Shown: positions 14,301 through 21,965 of the stretch, piece after piece
Position numbering within the stretch: the stretch's first letter is position 1
How the letters are laid out: each line of letters starts with the position of its first letter
Virus record (IMG/VR): IMGVR_UViG_3300030085_002899
Span: 1 to 64,000 of that record
Strand: one strand, 5' to 3'
Origin: an uncultured virus (IMG/VR IMGVR_UViG_3300030085_002899)
Lineage: Duplodnaviria; Heunggongvirae; Uroviricota; Caudoviricetes
Length of the DNA stretch: 64,000 nt
Made by a program: the position numbers and the translations under genes
Notes under the pieces: generated by a model
Told to the model about the DNA's origin: nothing
The model's input: only the letters and a program-made list of their open reading frames with translations
The model's database searches: none

Positions 14301-14456
14301 GAAACTAAAGCAAAAAGATATTTAGCTTCATTAATGCCTAAACTACAAATACCAGGAACTGAAATTAGTGCTAGGGAATCTATATTTGGTAGAGTAGATA
14401 CAAGAGGAAGAAAAAGAAAACGCACACGTAGAACGAAAAGAAACAGTAGAAGATAA
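2376..14456 (+). CDS. Giant virion protein (4026 aa): hydrophobic N-terminal region, zincin-like protease domain, crAss-type two-barrel virion RNA polymerase, C-terminal domain
   Basis: HENWH (HExxH) at aa 861-865 (nt 4956-4970) with a downstream NEALA. RIP at aa 2229 is followed by GSDKDGD (DxDxD, nt 9177-9191), as in the beta'-type catalytic DPBB. The context is a crAss-like genome. Confidence 0.85.
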   Translation: MSNGVGSPKDDIKKYDVDFLKPKTPPVQIDTTGAEKSDAFGLFGTGYTEAEKQAEQNYIEQLNNKAPIDYDMSLVEKGARSFVAGIGDLINGMGDAVDFISGTPNQDYISGASELSKDIYGVDTTKTISSYFSEAFHTAGKELQSVGDPVAELGDVENITWNDMFDVDFWFTHAARAIPFTLSFFVPGMAGAKAGQLAYKGLSLLNKGKSVGRAMQSIGLVKHMHQGSKFAQGAASFAGGAALGNMSEGAIIAGQVYNDALKEGMTEKQASVAAHDTFIDNMKWMAVDGLQLGFVTGGNRFLKSVLPKGAQNSLSLNFTKAPGIKSVINNMAKVTGIVLTDGMLEQFQETFQDWSSKKNLAEQRGEEFMSYMDFFSSKENLPTRVIAFASSMAVSGAKTAIDVSAERKRLFSLEKGFDEEFLFQDVEQFDLTEKELGKTPTGQVRATSGKSVQELKSLKIRQLDKLLVKKVLEGKGDYYVDLVNHLLEENKITQSQHDSFVNTAKEMESLVESTPTIGLNEQEKARIILATRQKNKNNAIIESQLEALNQEKEKIKSQDLEADVEAQMIAGVEEAIAEVKSGDITLLDEDNNPLLDDNGNEKTARRENTVHEQTIKQVYAEATARRESERADKDVRPRVAQIIEKQNAGQELTDEEQSFIDNKANKPYYEEMVKSDKLQKAQDVAGQDFTIDDETDIENEKYVFKKIEGDKVTTRVVDAQGNFTETIVTDETISEDSTKEAEEESKNSVDNREQENEVDKDVTGKEDSVKDTSSVTGAEDTKQPKVNSEEKISAAKERLGNKLYGGQMEVWADEQMEANPTTAIFFDESLIDDFGKPAIGMALGLTKFINPLTMTQEVFHHENWHIYQNMYQDTAEMQALLEGIVSQPIFEQTKLKYYTEIDIEYKGRKLKFHDLIGSKKSGVITIKEWMLENGIVGDSPTDANTRAYLFDMETIMGSQGYNMLSDNKQTDLKNEALAVAGGLQSTITSPYWTTEAKKPNSKIRTLLTNAWSRIKKGTNEEVANKLLSSHFPAYYNSDYATMLESFQRASRQNENPISWSTYTKSKGMFLKDNSAVEKHRVISADLSIDLAIVQSSIIEQEAQKIADELNEGLSIEEIGKRSAAIFESKKQDLIFEIKKLAKLNNTKNSEAIERRFQKRAKIIDANIKKEIIKNVTSKVVRETSQLDLFQETISEEDLTLSFGNLLNDAFKRGTNTKVTEFLRDFTALYNKNKSKEDAVITKSKVETVIAQYLDGNRNNYDNFEMAVKLAIANVSDSTQSTSSEKIIKEFVSFVNSKLKSPGENLDTSINNIWQYFRSFRHEQVFQFDVTENGEVMISESLPRHTNIQISGAIQKYRETLINENGKIISLAYALERMKDPANRKLGLLSLINTIIPSSTLLKDSNLQFKLEDIDSMKIAGMPALEYFTEERINVLLSNLITIDWGQHIENQNKYYEDNDVVFESEAALIRKDINAILKRTRVGQQYQEKAIIAKNKLESGQILTPEEQTAYERYLSAVKVLRSNYESYKANPREKSFYKTNIFVSKPIENGYPKRMGGTITSILNETGENFIKELLRSVILSKNTRTLMGQVRNPENEAIGTFNKTSYLYNNTENLESLFKKMKLDTEGNYPSRLQYLFGVNPYAYMMFESVYNQTLLNNNNISDRAGSWSPEIGYMSGYYDGRNKKGFKNSRMNPKTIKHIRFMHIVDSIKNKSKQYKHFVGVFGDSQRQYFINNAMIFDAESLEENVNTVRIKSRDKVNMQEQIQILFDELFAAKLVKKSDFKFVEQAYKQNYVNKFFIQDLYFNKSAAMKDAKMLADLPKRMKGISSPLAPMSDVRILPIIVKDDELKTELQKLQIADSESFILPEHQKLLSLQYGELNEVGNNLKSLYYGQNLDNTAFEAHIGRPRVPLYFKTATKILEEQFAEKSKIFRALREVLNETTRRHKGEAVIPVLYFDSSIKGGMSSTELASITHSVEDIIDASNDIYFLNKQKGDNTDSSYEQLVEEGKVKSLKKFIDNQNKWYQFESEPGVIQTGFDGANFGIQTVLDNTNKTGILAKQMIANLNVFNTIENVSSGANKGKSGYEMLEPIKKLLAEILELQYANFFEGANFETKFNDNQDRLKSFVDSELVKELGASFAGNEQAFNDVVASLFKSQVMRLETNGTFSVEMSDIGYNLQVNEEGVSYSEELKSYKLENGKVTYGEVVMPFIARQRGYKVGDKVLVSRIPHSKPGDGIVMTIKEFNSSKAGNTIIIPTEHASLIGSDKDGDGLHVNMKALGDNLSVIDEKKNQFLDAMFDMYTSPEVYSIIMQPVDFTKTIRDAGLNHIETIDTVDSNEFKRVKSDLHINDEFAIQDRFLGNFIGIAASMNRTVNYFASSGLQNDLATEVRVRVKGKSAPLNITLKDKSGRINSINRLTNKTGKNTHWLTYAQYLNFIIDDGKAGDRAKFNITKESASHFSYLLRTGMPIQGVLDLMYHPNYVSYIQNRADGLSKRESIAKTFNTKVSQLPVVVMDMPGQIDLSKSINTKMFMQLIGALDLITSDLQVISDITNLDTKMPKNMIELVSLENRFNDVMNRQTSISRRFDSDPYLKSHKTLLSRYKEKLNETSTVSAQEAEVLIESIKSTIDLNNETASELINNAISFYKISTELKPNFEGKSFHNLYLDLLNSRYNEYSTQLDKMNSDHSNNNLGLDLSEYSILRVHELASKKIVNLKEEGSNKFINALQSNFTKLTRKQGRRSVSHQINRYFIPYETTDNILTKEDLKTYKDAFMELPKELRNFFIGYEYFVNKLGIGTNNTLMPFLPKQVLSEIKRANKKVKDNTQVEVTPGVFERKNTVIQELLALKNNSGQVLNKKGERINLNLISEKASIRHNQAIFALTTNLVELMIGYNPVQFSSVLSDAPLYMYNQFKLHLSEDIITSKFNRADSKSLKGAKGKMRFTNEFYQTLNSKIAYNKKGEPIVSSEYNILADRDWTELNTLNMYAESLDTDVTVVKSKANGSMFLRDNTPSELMFGQEENLSETAFALRFGYIKGGTTLETLEMTKASQYEKFKGDYAHYRAGYAEVEGKNGIKQKFLNDTRLQMPDAPFEQIPNDYYINARKAINEYQSSLINTHPLAKAKLMESLYYKYGEIIAQTQNQRWRNTVAPDGERVGEYLLNQVNQEKYDKDISWAAMVLSPGDFGQHNPTLSGVRRNLEVSNAKMHRDLKIIQDELNNAYNALFKEKYGILKTPAKLISNLPLIRAAHPLQKISENLFENLQTQKTSLYKKKGKWKAKYTTELNRTIFNKDNSLKADAKKFLSKAEYNYARVISTYTQFYNDLLKVEKGADFQDRSFYRPLVTASRFEVLRHRGIYGLYKKSLSKDNLYHNIMIEAYDPFSTKPGGMEIRSYAEFKALYSISKEEAKAYSDSQTVYTGELDSFGKPIRSTIKVDLEFFTQKNRIQALKKAKSTAQQHMLKMRDALGNPVVPHDEVSSTVSAENETFNRYTSRRSETAAYFASNNLHHAMFEYLKTMVFQYGTAYRGDKQKVYRINFELASDDLYGKKAKISSYDKQGMSVSMFENLEKQGKRQNFEGFERQKFMVNAAKSYLQHNGGQTKSIKYLNDVVLDRFILRKPKKLITDSEYERKILDTLTRWTMVVGLGFNIPASVANVVIGKYNAYRSQGFQGFVKAHARVFGVDKLGKFDRRAATKAQKMLEEFGILTYRPQDQLEGAGFNTIMDNILFYPMVTAEKFIQRAQFMGELSDEQWNAYDLDKDGNLIVVDRQNVLSTEQVARYARRVQNVQGRGYSEVDQRLIQTYALGSTILQFKRWLPTYIVDRFGKGGYESYIDDFGNVYRGTTPAVLKNLKLYANPLKYSQNKAKLDKGTREAIERYHRGIFVPLFLGLFLLAGSEDDKDINDELKKYGLDLEKTVGDMLLVGNVPQFKHTLTVPAFATAQNLLGLIYSFSMYVAGSPSAVYSRDAKYGKAGETKAKRYLASLMPKLQIPGTEISARESIFGRVDTRGRKRKRTRRTKRNSRR

Positions 14457-14460
14457 TTTG

Positions 14461-14468
14461 TATATTTG
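14461..14468 (+). promoter_or_regulatory. Bacteroidota sigmaA-type -7 element (TAnnTTTG)
   Basis: TATATTTG in a short intergenic gap upstream of the tail module. Confidence 0.55.
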
Positions 14469-14483
14469 TTTAAATAAAAAAAA

Positions 14484-15059
14484 ATGGCATCAACAGTAAC
14501 AACAGACATAGCGTCTGAATTAAATATTACCGCAAGAAGAAACGATAGTTTCATGTTTGAGCTAGAAGTAGATAGCCCAGGAGACTCATCTACAAACAAT
14601 AGCCTACCTATGGTTGTGTTAATGACAGGCTCTAGTGCTAACGATAATGTATATCAGGGTAAGATGTCTATTGTAGACGCTTCAACTGGTGATGTAAAAT
14701 TGAATTTATATTCTGCTAGATGGACACCGACTGATTCGGAAGTAACTAATGATACTCCAACTAGTAATATACCAACAGCAACAACAGCAGGTAATTATTA
14801 TGGTGCTGCAGCTTCTGTTAATGATGCTGGGGGTAATGCTGTAAAAGTAGGAGGCGCTATAGACTTTAGTAATATGGTTGGAACTACATCTACTAATAGA
14901 GTAAAAATTAATGCACCATATACATATATGTCGTTCCCTCCAGGGGTTTACAAATATGATTTACAGATAAGAAAGAAAACTACGACTACAGCAATAGTAG
15001 AGTATAATACTTGGTTGTATGGTACTTTTACGTTAGTAGCTGATGTAACTCAATTATAA
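14484..15059 (+). CDS. BppU-N-like Ig-fold tail/fibre adaptor, paralog 1
   Basis: N-terminal TDIASELNITARRNDSF and C-terminal GVYKYDLQI...TWLYGTFTL, shared with 22849 and 26363. Confidence 0.6.
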   Translation: MASTVTTDIASELNITARRNDSFMFELEVDSPGDSSTNNSLPMVVLMTGSSANDNVYQGKMSIVDASTGDVKLNLYSARWTPTDSEVTNDTPTSNIPTATTAGNYYGAAASVNDAGGNAVKVGGAIDFSNMVGTTSTNRVKINAPYTYMSFPPGVYKYDLQIRKKTTTTAIVEYNTWLYGTFTLVADVTQL

Positions 15060-15745
15060 TGCATACAGCAAAAATAGGAATAGCTTCAGCAGCATCTAAG
15101 TTAGTTTTAACAGCGACACCATCGTCGACTGTAACAACTACTGCTTCAGGAACTTCTAGTTTTGTTTTTACACCTAGCCCTATAAATGAAGCTTTAATTG
15201 ACACAACAACAGCAAGCTTTTCTACTGTTACTAATCCTACTGCATCTACTCCTATTGGTGGTATTGTATACCAACAACCAGTAGTTATAGAAGTTGGAAC
15301 ACAAACAAATTCTTTGATACCGCAGTTATTAAATGCTTATCAATATAAGTTTGAAAACTTTACATTAGATTCACCAAGTGATTTTGCATTAGGTGATGTG
15401 GTTTATTTTAATCATACAGGATTAGGAAATTATGCCTGCACATTAGAAAAAGCTAAAGTAAATGACTTAGCAAAAGGAGCTTACAATAATTTGTTTGTCT
15501 TTATTTCTTATACAGAAAACATATTAAAAGTAATGCATAAAGGGTATTTAGCAATACCTAACTCTGCAATAAGTAGTTGGCAAACAGGGCGAACTATATA
15601 TTTAGATAGCTCTAATAAACTCAGTATAACACCTACATTAGATTCAGGCAGCTGGGTTCGTAGTATAGGTTTTTGTATACCTAACACAGAAAATAAAAAA
15701 ATTATTTGGTTTGAACCAGATACAACATATTTAAAAATAAGATAA
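15059..15745 (+). CDS. Structural fibre/cement-like protein
   Basis: Ser/Thr-rich N-terminus and a C-terminal GDVVYF...WQTGRTIYL...PTLDSGSWVRSIG pattern typical of phage cement/fibre domains. Confidence 0.5.
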   Translation: MHTAKIGIASAASKLVLTATPSSTVTTTASGTSSFVFTPSPINEALIDTTTASFSTVTNPTASTPIGGIVYQQPVVIEVGTQTNSLIPQLLNAYQYKFENFTLDSPSDFALGDVVYFNHTGLGNYACTLEKAKVNDLAKGAYNNLFVFISYTENILKVMHKGYLAIPNSAISSWQTGRTIYLDSSNKLSITPTLDSGSWVRSIGFCIPNTENKKIIWFEPDTTYLKIR

Positions 15746-15746
15746 T

Positions 15747-18700
15747 ATGCCTAAGTATTTCCCACTTACCTACTCAAATACAACATCAGTTTACGGTGGT
15801 ACAACTGTAGATACAAGTTTTAAAAATCCGCTATATGCTATACATACAGCGAACAACCAAACTTTATATTCAAGCGCAGATGGTACGTTTGATACATATA
15901 CTTTTTTTACAGCTGCAGGAACAAGTAGTGACGAAGATTCACCTCAAAGAGCTTATACAGTAGTATTTATTAAAAATACAGGTGCACATGAGTCTGTTCT
16001 TAGACCTGAAAGTATAGAGTTAAATACTGCTGCTATAGATGCAGGTTTTTCTTTAGTATCATCTATAAATGATTTAGCAGCAAATATAGATTTTGATGCA
16101 GGGTCTGCTGCAAAAGGTTTTTTATCTCCAGCTGAATTTAACACTTATCTACAAACTACACATAGTGTAGCTGCAAATTTCGATTTAGGAAATTCTTTAG
16201 TTATCGAAGGTACGGATAGTGTTGAAAAACTTCAACCTACTCCGATACTATACTTACAAGTAACTGAAGAGGCAAATCAAGATGTGGATTCAAATGATTT
16301 TGGTGCTACAAGCATTGACAGATTTATACCTATATACAAAGCTACTGCAGATACAAGTGGATTACTTTCAGGTAGTTCAGGGTCACCAAAAGGAATATCA
16401 GCAAATAATTTAGGTGGTAGTGTTGTTTACCCTGAATATGCTGCTTTTTTATTAAAATGGCAACCAACTAATGAACAAGTAGTAGCTGCTGAAACGCAGG
16501 CTAAATTAACAATTTCATTTTTTGGTTTTGAAAGTAATGTAGTTTTTAATTTATTAGGTAAATCTTATAGAACTGGTGAATTAGAGTTCAGACAAGGTTA
16601 TGGTATAACAACAGATTCTGTTTTTCAAGAAAACTCTTCTGTAACCCAACCAAAAAGTACTACTTTAAATGTAGTAAATGCTGCTGAAGCTAATATAACA
16701 GAATCTAACTCTAACTTAGTAAGTGAAGCAATACCAACATTAGAAAGCGCTTTTTTTGCAGGTCATATTCCTTTTGGATTAGATATTGACTCTTCTCTTG
16801 CATTACCTACGAACCATACAACTCCTAATAGTTATTGGCTAAAAGGAAGTGATACTACTGCTAACGAAGGTGGTGTTCGAGTATTAAAACCTTCTACTAC
16901 AGGCCCTTTTGATGTTCATGCACCTGGATTTACTAGTAATGCAGATTACCAAGCTGGAACTACAGGTAGTTCTGTTTTTTCATACGATATTGGCGTAGAT
17001 TCAGTTATTGGTGGTGCTGGCGATGGTACATTTAATAACGACACAACTGTTACTTCGCATAGATTACAAGATAAACAAAGTATAATTTATAAAATAAATA
17101 GAGAGAGTGGTAATACTCAAAACCATTACTATACTGCTAATGAACTTATAAAAATTTTACGACCAGATAGTTCCGATTTATCTGGTAGTGATAAAAATTT
17201 TAGACCTGCAGTTCATTCTTTACCTTTGGTATATAATAAATTTTATCTTGATGGTAACAGTGAGGAAGAAACTCAATATCGTAAATTACAAATAGTCCAA
17301 GGTATATATAGACCTATATGTACAAATCTTAGGACTGCACTTAAATATAGTGAAGAATCTATTAGTTCTTTATTTTTGTCTGAAATTGCAGGTCAATCAT
17401 ATACAGATTGGTCAGCAAATTATGATTCTACTCAATTAATCTCTCATTTAGGAGAAAAATCAAGGGTTGACACTTACCATATACATCGACATATTCAAGG
17501 AAATGACACAAATGGAGTTGTTTTACCAAACGCTAGCTACTCAACAGTACCAAAAGAATTAGAGTTTGATGTTGACCCAGAAGGTGAAGGTACTGCCGTT
17601 AGTAATAATGATGGTAGCCATACTGTATATAAGCATGCTCATATATATGACTATTTTATTCTTCCAAATTTAGAATGTGACGGCACTGGTAGTGTAACAA
17701 AAGATGATTTATTTTTACAATTTAATGCTTTTAGTAATGACAATTTTTATGGTAATTTTTTCGATTTAATAAACCAAGGCACTTTACAAGCAACTAATTC
17801 TGATGGTGTAGTACAAGATTATACACCGATTACTTTAGTTTCATTTGGTTCTAGTGCTAATGTCAACGGAATAAATTCATTTTCTATGACAGGAGCTACA
17901 GGTGCTGTAAGTGGAAATGACATAACTAGTATATCTACAGTTTTTACTAAAGATGTGAATACTGATGAAAGTTGGGTAGATGCTTCAGCAAATGCAGGGT
18001 TTGGAGCAAATGCTGAAACAAAAAGTATTAACATGAAAATAAAATACCAACCAGCACAAAAGTTAAACACAACTATAACTGGATACGATGGTGTTACTAA
18101 TCCACCTGAGTCTGGCGCAGGTCAGTTTTCTGACAAGCTAGGAAGAATATACGAGCCAGTTATACTTAGTATTACTAATAAAATAACTAAAGCTTTTAGA
18201 GATGTCGGTGAAGCACTAGGTCCACCATTTTATGAATACGTATTAAGGTATAAATTACACGGACACTGTTTTCCTAGAACTCACAGCTTAAATGGTAGTA
18301 CTTTTGCGCCTTTAGAATTACAAAGTCATAATAACTTAACAGCATGGACAGATTTTACTAAATATATAACGCCATACGCAGGTACAGATATATTTGGTAC
18401 TCACGACACATCTTCAGCTAATGTTGCTTTAGTAAATGCTAATATTTCAGCAGCTATACAAAGCACAACTTCTACAAATGATGCAGCTACAAGTGGTAAC
18501 GCAGCAGGTTCAACTAATTTATTACACTCATATGCTTCTGTAGACCCAACTAAAGACAAATATTTTAGAAAATATCCTTTTAATGGTAATTATTCATATA
18601 AATATGAAAATTACTTTAGCTTTATGCAAGCAACACAGCAAACTACTGCTAACTCTAAGTGTGGTATTTTGCCAGGACCTTTAAAGGTTGGTAGATTTGA

Positions 18701-20204
18701 TGATTCGGCAAATGCTTTATCTGCGCATAGAAGCTCTAGAAAAATGTTATTTTCAGAATTATCATTAAATACATCTACAAATAAATACGAGACATTTATA
18801 CCTTTAAACTTTGCTAATAATAGCTCCTATGAAGTTAATGTTGTTTCTATAGAATTAGAAAATCCTGTAGGTGACTCAATGTCAGAAGGTACTTCTGATG
18901 AATGGGGCGACCCAAGATTTATTCAAGGTTCAGGAGTAAATGGTATTAATGAAGCAAATGGAGATGCTGTAACAAACATTTATGGAGATGTTTACAATGT
19001 ACCTGTGATAGACGAGTTAGCTCATACAACAGTTGCTCCTACTCTTAACTTACATAGAACAGGATGTTCTAATGTTGGTACAACTCTTACTCTTCCAAAT
19101 CAGAGCGGTACTACAGGTTTAACTGCAGGAATGAAAGTATTTAGTAATGATGATGATTGGTTAGCATCAGGAACGACTATTGCTTCTATAACTAATGCAA
19201 CTACTTTAGTGTTAAGTGCAGCGCCTACAGGAAATTTGAGTGGTAAAAATTGTTCTTTTGATTATCCACAACCTAGATATGCACAGTGGAGTTTAGTAAG
19301 AGGTAAAAGAACTGGAAATTCACTAGGTGCTATTAATAATTTCCCAGTAAAGGGTAACTTAAAGGTTGATACCGCAAGAGTTTATGTAACAGCTGGTGCT
19401 GCTGGTGCAAATACATTAAGTGCCCTTAATGTTAAAGACCCTAATAGTCAAACAGGTAAAGGATTAGTCTTTCAAACACAAGGGTCTCCTTCTACCCCTG
19501 GAGCGAATACAACTGGAAATCCACAATACTTAGTAGGTTGTCATGTAATTGGTATAGAAACTAATGCTAGTTACATACCTGATGGAGCTAAAATAGTTTC
19601 AATTGCGGCAGATGGCTCTACAGCAACCCTAAATGTTGCGACACCGTCTTCTGGATGGGTTGATGTTAAAGTGGTACACCCTGATGCTCATTTGTATTCT
19701 AGTGATTTTATAGATACTGCAACTCATACAGATTTTGCAGAAAAACTGTTTACAGGCTCTAATGTACCTGTATCTTTTACTACTACAAGTCAGCTAACTA
19801 GATATACAAATGCCACTGACCTTCCTGGTAAGTCATTTTATGAAAATTACAATAATCCTGATAATCAAACAACAGGAGCTCCTTATATTCACATGGCTGT
19901 AGATGCAACTTCTAATGCTGGTATTAATGTTAACGATATAGATATAGCTAGTTTTTACAATAGAGTAAAAATTAAATATATGGTTCATAATAAATTAGAT
20001 TTTTATGGTCTTAATCAAGTAGGTATAACGAAGGATTCTATAGCTGGTACAACAGATGGTGAAAAATTTCATATTTATGAAGATGTTTATTTAGTTAAAA
20101 CTAAATTAGAAAATAAAATTGCTGATATACAAGTAACAGATATAGAAGGAAATACTAGTACTAACAACTCAACAATTGACTTTGGAACTTTATCAGCTGG
20201 ATAA
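15747..20204 (+). CDS. Large beta-rich tail/fibre or receptor-binding protein, 1485 aa
   Basis: Thr/Ser/Gly/Asn-rich composition, Ig/ASH-like strands, located in the tail module. Confidence 0.6.
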   Translation: MPKYFPLTYSNTTSVYGGTTVDTSFKNPLYAIHTANNQTLYSSADGTFDTYTFFTAAGTSSDEDSPQRAYTVVFIKNTGAHESVLRPESIELNTAAIDAGFSLVSSINDLAANIDFDAGSAAKGFLSPAEFNTYLQTTHSVAANFDLGNSLVIEGTDSVEKLQPTPILYLQVTEEANQDVDSNDFGATSIDRFIPIYKATADTSGLLSGSSGSPKGISANNLGGSVVYPEYAAFLLKWQPTNEQVVAAETQAKLTISFFGFESNVVFNLLGKSYRTGELEFRQGYGITTDSVFQENSSVTQPKSTTLNVVNAAEANITESNSNLVSEAIPTLESAFFAGHIPFGLDIDSSLALPTNHTTPNSYWLKGSDTTANEGGVRVLKPSTTGPFDVHAPGFTSNADYQAGTTGSSVFSYDIGVDSVIGGAGDGTFNNDTTVTSHRLQDKQSIIYKINRESGNTQNHYYTANELIKILRPDSSDLSGSDKNFRPAVHSLPLVYNKFYLDGNSEEETQYRKLQIVQGIYRPICTNLRTALKYSEESISSLFLSEIAGQSYTDWSANYDSTQLISHLGEKSRVDTYHIHRHIQGNDTNGVVLPNASYSTVPKELEFDVDPEGEGTAVSNNDGSHTVYKHAHIYDYFILPNLECDGTGSVTKDDLFLQFNAFSNDNFYGNFFDLINQGTLQATNSDGVVQDYTPITLVSFGSSANVNGINSFSMTGATGAVSGNDITSISTVFTKDVNTDESWVDASANAGFGANAETKSINMKIKYQPAQKLNTTITGYDGVTNPPESGAGQFSDKLGRIYEPVILSITNKITKAFRDVGEALGPPFYEYVLRYKLHGHCFPRTHSLNGSTFAPLELQSHNNLTAWTDFTKYITPYAGTDIFGTHDTSSANVALVNANISAAIQSTTSTNDAATSGNAAGSTNLLHSYASVDPTKDKYFRKYPFNGNYSYKYENYFSFMQATQQTTANSKCGILPGPLKVGRFDDSANALSAHRSSRKMLFSELSLNTSTNKYETFIPLNFANNSSYEVNVVSIELENPVGDSMSEGTSDEWGDPRFIQGSGVNGINEANGDAVTNIYGDVYNVPVIDELAHTTVAPTLNLHRTGCSNVGTTLTLPNQSGTTGLTAGMKVFSNDDDWLASGTTIASITNATTLVLSAAPTGNLSGKNCSFDYPQPRYAQWSLVRGKRTGNSLGAINNFPVKGNLKVDTARVYVTAGAAGANTLSALNVKDPNSQTGKGLVFQTQGSPSTPGANTTGNPQYLVGCHVIGIETNASYIPDGAKIVSIAADGSTATLNVATPSSGWVDVKVVHPDAHLYSSDFIDTATHTDFAEKLFTGSNVPVSFTTTSQLTRYTNATDLPGKSFYENYNNPDNQTTGAPYIHMAVDATSNAGINVNDIDIASFYNRVKIKYMVHNKLDFYGLNQVGITKDSIAGTTDGEKFHIYEDVYLVKTKLENKIADIQVTDIEGNTSTNNSTIDFGTLSAG

Positions 20205-20956
20205 TGGCTTTACAACACTTCATTTGGGAGGGATTAGATTCTGTTAGTGAGGTATTGAAAATAAGAAATATTGGTTCGTCAGGTAGTGTTGCTAAAATTA
20301 AAAGCATACACCTGATAAACCAAAATTCTTATTTAAACTCACCAACACTTTCAGGCTATAATAGTAATTCTAACACTTTTTATAGGGCTTTATATCCTTT
20401 TAAATTTTTACCTAGATTTTTATCACATACAAGTGGAGTTAATGTAGGTGACCTTCCAATGATAACACCATCTAGTTCTTTTATTAGTGCTTTAGAGCAA
20501 ACACCTCCAATTAATTCACCTTTTTTTGTAAGCCCATATCAAAATGGAGTATTTGACAGTACGTTAAATAAATATGTGTACTTTGATGGTGAAGGTGTAA
20601 TGGCACAACATTCTAGCATTCCAGGCCCACATCCACTGCCAGTAATGTTTTACAGGTATCCTATAAAAGACTATTATAGATTTCCTAATACATACGGTTT
20701 AAACGCATATAACGATAATAGTGATGAAATAACTTTTAAAATAATGTTCAACCCTAGGCTTGGACTTAGTGGATTATATACAGCAACATTTGTAATTGTA
20801 TACGAAAATGACTTAGGAGAGGTTATAACTAGAGAAAATATTATAACTTGTGAGGTTTTTGATTCTAACATATCTGAAATAGATTTTACATCTAAAAATA
20901 ATATAGAGGATATAAATTCATTTAGCCTTACAAATAATGCATTTGAAATATGGTAA
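20204..20956 (+). CDS. Putative structural protein with ASH/Ig-like fold
   Basis: LKIRNIGS...IKSIHL and ITFKIMFNP...GLYTATFVIVYEND patterns; TAATG coupling to the upstream gene. Confidence 0.45.
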   Translation: MALQHFIWEGLDSVSEVLKIRNIGSSGSVAKIKSIHLINQNSYLNSPTLSGYNSNSNTFYRALYPFKFLPRFLSHTSGVNVGDLPMITPSSSFISALEQTPPINSPFFVSPYQNGVFDSTLNKYVYFDGEGVMAQHSSIPGPHPLPVMFYRYPIKDYYRFPNTYGLNAYNDNSDEITFKIMFNPRLGLSGLYTATFVIVYENDLGEVITRENIITCEVFDSNISEIDFTSKNNIEDINSFSLTNNAFEIW

Positions 20957-21963
20957 AAATAAGCCCACCAACGCCTAGTAGTCCTGCAGTTGAGGTTTGC
21001 GATATAGAAGGAGATGGCGCTGATGTAATAAATTTTGGTCCTATACAAATTTCTGATATTATAGCAGAAACTCAAGAACAGTATATGTCTTTTCCTTATA
21101 ATCAAGGCTGGAGTATTTTTGGTATACCTTTTCTTATACATACTTTAAAATATAGATTTTCAAGCGCAGCTGTAGATGGAGCACCTGCTGTAGTAGAAGG
21201 TGATTATTTTTCTCCTGACCCTTTAATTACATCAAAAGTGTCTATGGAGACATTTATAAGAACACATTTGTATGAATTTGAAAGCGATACTTTACCTTTA
21301 TGGTATAAAAGTGGTAAAACTGTTTTTGATTCAAAAATTCAAATTGTTAAAGATAATGATGCAAAAGTTTATTGGCCTCAGTTTTCATTTGATGGTATAC
21401 CCTCCATGTTTAACGACGCTCATAGTAGCCTTACATTATGTGCAGTAGTAAACAATACAAATACTTTAACTATAGAGGGTGACGCTCCTGAAATTTATCT
21501 TAATACACCAGTAGTTTCTCAAGTGGTTAATAATTTAACTTTTCAAAGTGGTACGAAAATTATAGCTTATAACCCAAGCACAAAAACAATTCTTTTGAAT
21601 AAAACTTATACTTGTACTGGCTCGCAAGCAAATGTAAGATTTTACATAGATAGAAAATATGAAGGTTACCAAATTAGAACATTAATAAACTATGTAATTA
21701 AATATCATGGTATACCTCAACATAATGAAGATGCGAACACATACAATTTAAGTATGAATTTTTTACCAGGATGGAATTTAAAAACATTTCCTTCTATGCT
21801 CCCTATAAATCCTGAAGTATTTTTTGAACCTTTAGGTGGTGATTTACAAATTGTAAAAGAAAATGAAGGAACTATATACTGGCCTGAATTTGGTTTTAAT
21901 AATTTACACGGAGATGGAAATTTAAGACCAGGACAAGGTTATCAAATAAGACTTTACACATAA
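20950..21963 (+). CDS. Putative structural protein with duplicated GW..IVK.N...YWP.F.F...GYQIR unit
   Basis: Two internal copies: IVKDNDAKVYWPQFSF and IVKENEGTIYWPEFGF, each followed by GYQIR. Confidence 0.5.
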   Translation: MVKISPPTPSSPAVEVCDIEGDGADVINFGPIQISDIIAETQEQYMSFPYNQGWSIFGIPFLIHTLKYRFSSAAVDGAPAVVEGDYFSPDPLITSKVSMETFIRTHLYEFESDTLPLWYKSGKTVFDSKIQIVKDNDAKVYWPQFSFDGIPSMFNDAHSSLTLCAVVNNTNTLTIEGDAPEIYLNTPVVSQVVNNLTFQSGTKIIAYNPSTKTILLNKTYTCTGSQANVRFYIDRKYEGYQIRTLINYVIKYHGIPQHNEDANTYNLSMNFLPGWNLKTFPSMLPINPEVFFEPLGGDLQIVKENEGTIYWPEFGFNNLHGDGNLRPGQGYQIRLYT

Positions 21964-21965
21964 TA

